Positions 50,728 through 59,900 of a DNA stretch of 64,000 nt are shown here, piece after piece; positions within the stretch are counted from its first letter, which is position 1; each line of letters begins with the position of its first letter. The notes under the pieces are model-generated. The model did no database searches. It saw nothing but the letters and a program-made list of their open reading frames with translations, and had not been told where the DNA came from. The DNA lies in IMG/VR virus record IMGVR_UViG_3300009987_000001, positions 1 through 64,000 of that record. One strand, given 5' to 3'. Made by a program: the position numbers and the translations under genes. The stretch is from a virus.

Positions 50728-52093
50728 CATCCGCGACTACCAGTCGCGCGTCAACGTCCATCAGTTACAGAACGCGGCTTCGGCCGCGTTCGTGTTCATG
50801 GGTGCCGGGAAAACGGTATCCACCGAAACGACTTTCCTAGATCTGCTCGACGGCTTCGAGGTGCGGCGCATGCTGGTCGTCGCGCCGCTGCGTGTCGCAC
50901 GCAACGTATGGTCTGACGAGCTCAAAGAGTGGGAGCACCTTCAGCACCTGTCGATCTCGACGATCACCGGCACCGTCGAGGAGCGCATGAAGGCGCTGCG
51001 CACGCCGAGCGACATCCACACGATCAACGTCGAGAACCTGACCTGGCTCGAGGGTCAGTACTTCCAGAACGGCAAGCAGATTCGCAAATGGCCGTGGGAC
51101 CTGATCGTCCTGGACGAGTCGCAGTTGTTCAAGTCCCAGGCGAGTGAACGCTGGAAAGCAATGGCGCGTCTGCGTCGCTACGCTCGCCGGATCATCCTGC
51201 TGACCGGCACGCCAATCCCGAACGGCCTGGCCGACATGTGGGCGCAGGCGTATCTGATGGACTTCGGACGCCGCCTAGGAATCACGGAGGAGGCGTTCAG
51301 GGACCGCTGGTTCCAACCCGTGCAACAAGACCAGCACACGCTCTGGGTGCCCAAGGCGCACGCACAGCGCGAGATCGAGGACGCCATGAGCGACCTGACG
51401 ATTGCGCTCCGGGAAGAGGATCACATGTCCTTGCCAGACGTGATGACCAATTACGTCAAGGTGCGCATGAGCGCTAAGGAGCAGGCGCAGTACGAGAAGC
51501 TGGCGCGCGACTTCCTGCTCGAGCTCAACGGCCGGGTGATCACCGCGGTGAACGCTGGGGTAGCGCAAGGCAAGCTCCTGCAGCTCGCCAACGGCGCCGT
51601 GTACGACAACGATCGTGCCTGGCACACGCTGCATACCCACAAGCTCGATGCGCTCCTGGAGCTCCTCGAGTCGGTTAGGAAGCCTGCCCTGGTGGGCTAT
51701 ACGTTCCGGCATGACCTGGAACGGATCGGGAAGCTCCTGACCAAGGCCGGTAAGAACTGGTCGCTCCTGCGCAGCGACGCGAGCTTTGAAGCGTGGGCGG
51801 CGGGCCAGTACGAGATCGGCGTGCTGCACCCGGCGAGCGCCGGTCACGGCCTGAACTCGGTCTATAAGTCTGGCGCCGAGGACCTGATCTGGTTCGGCAT
51901 GACGAACAACCTGCAGCACTACCTGCAGCTCCGCGGCCGGCTGACTGGCGGGCATCGACGTGCCGGGAAAAATATTGTGATCCATCACATCATATGCGAG
52001 GATACGGAGGACATCGAAGTTAAACACCTCTTGGCGCGCAAAGATGCGACCGAGGAAGATTTTGTATCGTCGATTGCGAGGAGAGTCCGGTGA
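50711..52093 (+). CDS. SNF2-family (DEAD-like) helicase
   Basis: Walker A FMGAGKT. DExx box LIVLDESQLFKS. C-terminal helicase motifs GHGLN and QLRGR. 460 aa. Confidence 0.85.
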   Translation: MLVRSDIRDYQSRVNVHQLQNAASAAFVFMGAGKTVSTETTFLDLLDGFEVRRMLVVAPLRVARNVWSDELKEWEHLQHLSISTITGTVEERMKALRTPSDIHTINVENLTWLEGQYFQNGKQIRKWPWDLIVLDESQLFKSQASERWKAMARLRRYARRIILLTGTPIPNGLADMWAQAYLMDFGRRLGITEEAFRDRWFQPVQQDQHTLWVPKAHAQREIEDAMSDLTIALREEDHMSLPDVMTNYVKVRMSAKEQAQYEKLARDFLLELNGRVITAVNAGVAQGKLLQLANGAVYDNDRAWHTLHTHKLDALLELLESVRKPALVGYTFRHDLERIGKLLTKAGKNWSLLRSDASFEAWAAGQYEIGVLHPASAGHGLNSVYKSGAEDLIWFGMTNNLQHYLQLRGRLTGGHRRAGKNIVIHHIICEDTEDIEVKHLLARKDATEEDFVSSIARRVR

Positions 52094-52446
52094 AGAAATG
52101 GTTGAAGTTGTTGCTGCGTCCACTCGTGGAATGGTTGCATCGTCGGTGGCATGCCGCGGATGCCCGTGACAAGGAGCTGATCTACAGGTACCTCGAGTTG
52201 CGGTGGCGCAAACACGAGTGGGCTGCCGGAATCGATATCGCCAGAGCGATTGGCGTCACGCCGCCGCGTATCTATCGTCTACTCTCAGAGATGGAAGAAA
52301 AGAAGATCGTACGCTGCGAGAGACACGTCAAGAAGTTCGAGGGCGGCGGACTTCCTATCGGCGGTATCAGCATGTACTTGCCGATGTGGACTCTTTCGAG
52401 TGAAGCCGTAGTTGTGGGTTTCGTACCAAGTGAAGAGTGCAGTTAA
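52090..52446 (+). CDS. Winged-helix DNA-binding protein (MarR/ArsR-like)
   Basis: GTGA overlap start. IDIARAIGVTPPRIYRLLSEMEEKKIV is HTH-like. Last gene of the rightward block. Confidence 0.5.
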   Translation: MKKWLKLLLRPLVEWLHRRWHAADARDKELIYRYLELRWRKHEWAAGIDIARAIGVTPPRIYRLLSEMEEKKIVRCERHVKKFEGGGLPIGGISMYLPMWTLSSEAVVVGFVPSEECS

Positions 52447-52486
52447 CGAAGCCGTCACGATCCGGTGGCGGCGTGACTTTCCACGT

Positions 52487-52507
52487 CGAGCTGGTGGTGC
52501 CAGCTCG
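52487..52507. terminator. Hairpin at the convergent junction (possible bidirectional terminator)
   Basis: CGAGCTGG-TGGTG-CCAGCTCG. A second hairpin, GTCACG...CGTGAC-TTT, lies at 52454-52480. No clear U tract. Confidence 0.3.
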
Positions 52508-52526
52508 ATCGTGGATGATGAAGTGT

Positions 52527-53117
52527 TCAGGATGCTCGAGCGCGAGCGCGTTTACGGCGGACTGAACTGGGCAGTCGATTGGACCGACCATCCTTTAGCA
52601 GCGCTCTATCCAGATACGGATAGGCTAAACGCACAGAAGCGAGCTTCACGCGGCGCGGGCGCCTCAGTCGACCGTGCAAGGGATGTACGTACCACACCCC
52701 GTAAGCACGACACGCTTGCTCAAAAAGTGGCAAGGGCAGTAGTTGAAGCCAATGCAGCACCATACCGTGCACTCCGACAAAGTTGGGCCCGTGATCCTCG
52801 AGCACCACGCCGGGGTTATGCTTCTCAACAAGATGATAAAGAACAAAGTGAGCCATCTCATGAGTGAATACCGTCAGCATGGGCGTCGCTTGGGACTCAT
52901 CCAACGTTATCGTAAGTGGCGCAACGAACTCGCCACTGAACCCGCCACCAATCTTCCCGTAGTGAATCCGCACCTGCGGGACATTGAACCATTCGCAGAG
53001 AAGCTTCGCGAGCGACCGAATTGTTTTGCGGCTGAACTTGATCCGCGCGAACCCTACGAATAGATCGGACTCCATGGAGTAGACACGATGTCGCTGAGGA
53101 TCCCGCTTCGGCGACAT
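52527..53117 (-). CDS. Putative zinc metallopeptidase (HExxH)
   Basis: From MSPKRDPQRHRVYSME. Motif VFTHEMAHFVLYH. The Arg-rich C-terminal ~60 aa is of doubtful reality. The track start 53237 would overlap the holin-like gene. Confidence 0.5.
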   Translation of the reverse strand: MSPKRDPQRHRVYSMESDLFVGFARIKFSRKTIRSLAKLLCEWFNVPQVRIHYGKIGGGFSGEFVAPLTITLDESQATPMLTVFTHEMAHFVLYHLVEKHNPGVVLEDHGPNFVGVHGMVLHWLQLLPLPLFEQACRAYGVWYVHPLHGRLRRPRRVKLASVRLAYPYLDRALLKDGRSNRLPSSVRRKRARARAS

Positions 53118-53134
53118 CGTGAATACTGACGCGA

Positions 53135-53350
53135 TTAGTCCTCCACCTTGCGACCCGCAAGCCGATCGCGAATTTTGATCAGTACCCACAACCCGGCGAG
53201 CACGCCGGAGAAAACTGCGGCTGCTGCCGCACACCACTGCATCACCGGGAGCGTATTCGCGAACCAGCTCACGAACGCTCCGGACACGCTGACGATTGCA
53301 TTCAGCTCGATCTTTGGTTCCAGATCAAACCTCCTTGAGGCCATACACAC
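53135..53350 (-). CDS. Holin-like membrane protein (two predicted TM segments)
   Basis: AIVSVSGAFVSWFANTL and AAAAAVFSGVLAGLWVLI followed by a charged tail. It overlaps the endolysin stop. Start uncertain. Confidence 0.5.
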   Translation of the reverse strand: MCMASRRFDLEPKIELNAIVSVSGAFVSWFANTLPVMQWCAAAAAVFSGVLAGLWVLIKIRDRLAGRKVED

Positions 53351-53969
53351 TCCGTGCTTTTGTCCAGTAACGTGCCCGCGCTTCCTGGCCGTGCAAACCG
53401 CCGCTGACGCGCCTTGTGATGGTGTCGAAATCCTCCTTGATGTCGTCGCCTGGGTTGTCTACGGCAAGTAATGATAACTTATTCTCAGTCCAAAACCAGG
53501 CCGCGCCCATTGCGCCGAACGTCTTCGTCAGCAGCATATCCGGCACGGTAACCACCAAAGGTTCGCCAATCGATTCAGCAAATCCCTGATAATTCTTGCG
53601 CCCCGTGATCATGATCGGGCCGCGCCCGCGGAAGTTCCACGCGTCCATCGAGTCTGGCAAGTTGCCGAGCCGGTTCGAATAGACATAATCCGCCAGCCGA
53701 TGCGGCGCACGCTCATATCGCCGTGCGAACTCGATCGACTTGAATCGCGATGGCCACACTTGACGAAGCCGCTCGGCTGTGTAGCTCAAGTTCTCCTCGA
53801 GCCTGGTCAGCTCGACACTCTCGTGTGCGACCTGGGCGAGGAGTGCTGCCTTGTCGGCAGGCTCCTCGATCCAGAAGCGATCGAACGCATGATCGAACGC
53901 CGCGCCCCATGCGGCAGGGCTCTTGCATGCCGGCATGATCGTCTTGATGACGGTTTCAGTCGTTACCAT
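53325..53969 (-). CDS. Endolysin, glycoside hydrolase family 19 (chitinase-like)
   Basis: LLAQVAHESVELTRLEENLSY...FRGRGPIMITGRKNYQGF is the GH19 lysozyme signature. I chose start MVTTET (53969), which overlaps the giant ORF stop by 14 nt. The track start is 54152. Confidence 0.85.
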   Translation of the reverse strand: MVTTETVIKTIMPACKSPAAWGAAFDHAFDRFWIEEPADKAALLAQVAHESVELTRLEENLSYTAERLRQVWPSRFKSIEFARRYERAPHRLADYVYSNRLGNLPDSMDAWNFRGRGPIMITGRKNYQGFAESIGEPLVVTVPDMLLTKTFGAMGAAWFWTENKLSLLAVDNPGDDIKEDFDTITRRVSGGLHGQEARARYWTKARSVYGLKEV

Positions 53970-56900
53970 ATTTCTCCTGCAAGTATCGAAGCTTTTTCTC
54001 GACTCGGATACCGTTGACGGTTTCCTGTGTGTAGCGACTGCGTTGCCGCGCGCTGCTGATGATACTGGATGCCGAGATCGGATAGGTAGGATTGGCTTTG
54101 TTGAACGCAGCGATCTCCTTGATTGACTCCTGTACTCCAGTCGGATCGTCATTCTGCGCGGCGAGGAACAACCGGTTCATGACGTTCGCGCGCCGCTGGA
54201 CGATCTTGGTCTCTTCGTTCTTGATCGTGCGGTTCTTGTCGTACTGCTGCGTGATCTGCAGCGGCGTGAAGCCGATCGCCTGCAGGAACAGATCGCGGTT
54301 GCTGAGCTCGTCGCGGCCGATGATCTCGTCGCCGCGCTTGTTCGTTACGCCGTCGCGCGCGTAGCGCACCAGCTTCAACACGTCACTGATCGCTTTCGGT
54401 GTCATCTGCTCGAGCGCTCGATCGCCGTAGTCTTGTTCGGCCAGCTCGCTTGCCTTGAGACCTTTGAAGACCAGGCCGCCGATCGGGCCCGCCGCCTGCG
54501 ACAACCACCAACCGTACTCGTCGGTGGCGTTCATACCCATTGGTTTCTCTTGGAGCCACAGATGACCCAGGCCGACACGCGTCGACAGTGTTGCGTTGGT
54601 GGCAGTGGACAACGAGCCGTCCATGATCGCCGATGCCCAAGTGTCGCCGCCCCACTCCTCGAGCCAGGCACGCAGAGAACCCTCGGCGTCGTACGGTTCG
54701 TCATCCGTACCCAGCATCGCGTTCAGCACTGCATACCCGATCCACAAGAATGGCAGCCCGGTCAGACCTGCGTTCAAGAATGTCATCGACAACAACCCGC
54801 CGAGCCGGATTGTTGCTTTCTTTCGTTCACCGGGCGGCATCGCTTTCAGTGCGGTCGAGTTGCGGAAGTCACGCGCAAGCCGGTAGCTCATGTTCATCGA
54901 GTACTGGCGGAACAAGAACAGAACTTTCTTGCCGTCGCCTTGCATGAACCGCGGCCGGTTCGTTGACTGGTATTGGAAGTGCGAATCCCATGTGAAGTTC
55001 TCAGCCATCTCAACCGCCGCTTCTTGCGACAGTCCCTTCTCCTTTGCCATACGGAAGGCGGCCAGGAACGTCACTTCGCGGTTGGCTTGCTCCGTCTTCT
55101 GGAACAGCCACGTGATGATCTTCATCAACTGGGCGCGGCCGGTACCCATGTTCTCGCCTTGCTCGCCGAGCTCGGCCAGGTCGGTTGTCCTGGTCTGTGT
55201 GAACAAGCCGATACGCAGCGCCTCGTCGAACGCCAGCCGCTCATCACCACGCAACTTGTTCGCCAGCGGCCCACGGCTGCCGGCCCACTGTGCAGCGGCA
55301 CGCAGCAGCGCAGCGCCACTCTTGGCCAGGCCGAACTCCGCGCCAAGTGTTGGGAACGCCACCATTGCCGTCTGCGACAAGTTCACCAGCGCTGCTGCAG
55401 GCGACGTGCCGAGGTAATAAGCGAAGCCAAGCGCGGTCAGGTTGTTCGCCCAGGCCGCGTTGGTTGGGTTGCGCGCCCACTTGTGGCGCTCTTTGAATTC
55501 ATCTGAGAGCGGCACTGCCCACTTCGCTTCGCTGTCGTTGTTCTGCTCCAACGCGCGTGCTTCTGACTCCATGTTCACGAGCTCAGATTCCATGCGATGC
55601 ATGTATTCGAGCTTCGCGATCTGGTGCGCGGCATGGAACTTGTTGGTGCCGAACGAGCGCAGCGCATCCGCTGTATAGCCGAGTCGGCCCTTCCGGTGTA
55701 GGAACTGCTTGCGCAGCGACGTCTCCGGCAGTGATTGCAAATACATCTGCCAGATCTGATCACTCATATCCGGGTCAACCTGGTCAGCCAGGTCAGTGAC
55801 CTTCGCCACGAAATCAGGGTCGATCTGCTTGAGCACGCTGGCTGATTGGTTGGCTGGTTTCGTGCCGCCGTCTGTTTTGAACCCTGCCGCTTGCATCTGT
55901 CGGCGCCAGGCCGTCACTTCACTCTGACTCTCGCGACGCACGTACGAAACGACTTCACCGCTCGCGTCCTTCGCCACTGCCCAGTACTTGCCGAACCTGG
56001 CAAGCGGGAAGTACGGCCCGGCGACCTTACCGGACTCGAACTGTTTACGCAGGCTGTCCAATAGCGCCTTCTTCACTTGTCCGTTGGCGCTCGACGCGTT
56101 GATGCGTTCTTGGATTCCCTGCAGCACGCGTTGGCGGTCGGTCTGATAGCTGTCGCGCACAGCTGCGTAGATCTCCTTGCCCTCTTGGTCTAATCGATTG
56201 GCGTACTGACTCAGTGCAGTGTAGGCAGCTCGCCGTTCCGCCTCGAGCTGCCGCATGGCCGGCGTGATTCGTCCAGGCTTCTTGTTCGCGAGCGAGGACA
56301 CGTACGGGACGAGCGGATCGACTGTTGCAAGGGTTGCCGCGTGCATGAGCTCACCGAGGATACGGGCGCCTGCGCGGTTCTTTTTCGTATAGTCCATCCA
56401 CCTCTTTGCAAGCTTCTCGGTTTCCGCCATCAGTTCGTTGCGCCGTCCGTCCAACCGGTCGGCCAGGCTGAGATAGCGGCGCGTCGAGTCCATCTTTCCT
56501 TTGCTGATGAAGTCGACCAGGTTGCGTCGCGGAATCAACGCAAGCAGAGTCGAGATACGATCCTGACCAAAGTCCTTGAGCGCATCGATACGCGAACCGA
56601 TCACACCAGGATTGTAGTTCGCCTGATCCTCGGCAGTGCTGCCTAGCCTGGACAAAATGCCTTGCGGTTGCAGCGGCGCACGATCCTGTGGATTGGTTCG
56701 GAAATCAGTTGCAAAGTCCAGATCCGGTCCGAACAAGTTCGGCTTGGCTTCCTTGTTGGCTCGGGCGATCTGGCGCGCATTGGCGCGCGACATCCGCAAC
56801 AGCCGTCGCAGGTCGTTGTCGGTGTAGTCGCGAACCAAACCCACCTTTCTGAGAACCGCTCGCATCGCGTCGTAAACACGCTGCAGCAGTGACTGATCAA

Positions 56901-59900
56901 AGTCCAAGTTCTCTGATAGGTACGCGATGTACTCATCAGCCACTTTGATCTGGTATGTCGGATTGCGCAGATCCCAACCTGCCTGCTTTGCGTAATCAAG
57001 AATCCATTTGCGATTGCTGGCGGTCTTGAATACATCCAGAAAGATCTGTTCGCGCTTAGATCCGAGGAATGCGCGAAGTCCTTTGTGCGCGATGAATTCG
57101 TGCGTCGCGGTCTGGATGACACCGACCGTCCGATCGTTGTGGTTCGCTGCGATAACGTACACTTCACCGGTAGCGCCGTTATGTACGCCGCGAACACTGG
57201 TTTGCAACCCTGCGAACTCCACAGCTCTACGAATCTCAATCGGCAGGTCAGCTACGGTGGCAACTACTGTAGCGGCGTCCTTACCAAACTCAGCGTAAAA
57301 TTCTTTGAGCTGACGTTCTGCTTGTTGGACAGTAAGGCCGGCCGGGACTTCGCCTGGTTCAGCCATACTCCAACCGCTTGGTGCTTGGTCGCTATCTTCA
57401 CGGGAACGCTTTTGGTCAGTGCTTACAATCTCACGTTCACCTGTGAAAATCTCGTCTGTCTTCGACATTATCACGTCCAGAAAATTGAAACTCTCAGACA
57501 AGCCAAGCGCTTCTTTCACGAAGCGGACAAACTGCTGCCAAAGCGTCTCGGTCCGCTCCGCTTTAACGCTACGGAGAAACTCCTGAAACTTAGCGTTAGT
57601 GAAAGCTTCAGCCACAAACTCGGCGGCATCATCTTCTCTGATGCCGTAGTGCTCCCTGCCGTTTTGGTCAAGCGTCGACACGCCCTGCAGACGTGCTTTA
57701 GTCCGCACCGAGATTGTCAACGCCGTGAGCTCTTTGTAGAGAGCCGGGTTGTTGTCTATTGCGCCTGAAGTGGCTGCGTGAACTGCCTCATGCAGCAACG
57801 TGTGCAGAACAGCTCGAGCGTTCCCGTCATTGAATCTGGCAGGATTCAACCCTATACGCCTATCGACGTACCATCCCTCGGCGGTGATCTTGCCGTCAAG
57901 GAACACTTGTACATCTGAAAGCGGAAGCCCCTTGAGCTTGGTTGCCAGCTTTCTGTACGGGTCAGCAGAAGATAGCTTGCTCTCAAGGACCGAGAGCAGG
58001 TCGAACAGATTTACGCTTTGAGTCTCGGAAGAGCCCGACAAAACTTTGTCAACTTCTCGATACGCTTCGACAGTTGTTTCGTCTGAAACGGAGCTAGCAT
58101 CGCTCTTCAAGAACTTCTTGCCGTCAGGAGCCGACTGTTCCGTAGGCCGCCAGTAGTAATACAAGCGGTTCTTGTTCTCGGGATCTTGAATCGCGTTCTC
58201 GCGCTGCTCCGCGGTGAGCTCACCGTAGTTGTCGTACGGAATGAGCTCGACGCGGCCTTGCTTCGACTCCTCGATCATGAACTTGTCGAAGGCTGCCTTG
58301 TCCGGCTTGCGCCCCGCTGCACGCTCCTCGCGGTTGAACCTGGCTCGAGTCTTCTCGATCGGCATGGACGTGAGACCCTTGCGGCTCGGCAGATCTTCTC
58401 GATAGATCTCTCGCGTACGCGAGGCCATGTCACTCGGGGCCGCAGGCTTCGCATTCTCTTCGGCCTGCATGCGCTCAGCAACGCGCGTCGCAGTCTTCAT
58501 GTCCGTCTGCAGCGCTCTCGAAATCGAGAATGGGCCCGTGCTCGCGATGTCGCCTGACTCGCGCAGCTTGCGCACCGCCTTGATCGCGTCGGCCATCGGC
58601 ACGAAACCGCTGAGCAGTTGCACGTCGTCTTCGTTGACGGCTTCTTTGGTGGACTTGCGAGCCATGCTCAAGATCTCGCGCTCACCTTCCGTGTAACGCT
58701 GTGACTGTTGAGCAACGGTACTGCTAACAGATGCAGGCTGTTCACCCGCCGCTGCAGGTCCGCGCCGCTGTTGTTTCAGCGTTTTCGGTTCGCGGCTGAA
58801 GCCTGCGGTATCCTGGGCAGTAGGCGCAGCTGGACTTGCCGTCGCACCCTTGCCGTCTGGACTACGAGGCTTGCGTGGTGTCTTCGGTGTTACCGGCGCG
58901 GCGCCACCGGCTTCATCGGCCGGTAGTTGCTGTCGCTTACGCCGCTCGAGCAGTGTCTTCGGCGCAGTCTCGGTACCTACACTCGATGTCTGATCTGTTG
59001 GCGCGGCGAGCGGAGGAGATGTGGCGGACGCCGGCTGTTCGGTAGCGCCTTGCGGTACCGGCGCAACGCCCCGCGCGCGTCTTTCGGCAAGTGTTTTGGG
59101 TGCGACACCCGCGGCCGGAGGTGCTTCAGTGGCGGCAGGCTGTTGACTGGCGGCAGGCTGAACTCCGCTATCAACTTTTCCATCCGCTGCTGGAGTAGTG
59201 GATTGTTCAGGGGCGGGCGCACGGCGAGCCTCGGCGGGCGAAGACTTGCTGGCCGCAATTGCCGCACGACGTTCTTTAAGAGTTCGAAATACATTCGGTG
59301 ATGCCTCTTCGAGAGTGGTAGTCGCGTTTAGAGATCGAGTGTTCGGTTCAGTGAGCGGCTGTTCGGCACGCTGCAATTCGCGCTGCGCGTCAGCCTTACG
59401 AGTATCGTCTTGGCGTTGTCGCTCAGCTTGATCGAACGCTGCTGACTTGTCGATCGGTTGCTGTAGCTTATCAAAAGCAGCATCACGCGCAGCCTGGCCG
59501 CCCTGCAGCTCTTCTTGAATTTGCTGCTCGGCTTGTTGCGTTGCCTGCTGTACCGCTGGCTGCGTCGCTTGTGTTGCTTGCTGCGTCGACTGACGGGCGG
59601 CAATCTGCTGAGCTGCTTCTTCCTCAACCTGATTGATCGCCTCGCCGCGCTGCATCGCCTTTTTGACCGGCTTGGTGACCAGCGTATCAGTGACTTCTTG
59701 CTCGAGCTGCTCGGTAGCTTTGACCTTGTTGAAGTCCTTGTCGATGTTCGACTGCCGGCCAGCAACGTAGTCAGCAAAGCGCTTCTGTTGTTCGGTGCGC
59801 TCTGCCGCCGCAAGATCAGACGTCGCTTCGGCTTGCACCACTGCCGCCGCCATCTCTTGCTCGAGGTTGTCACCGCCGCGCTCGGCAACGGCCTGGCGTG

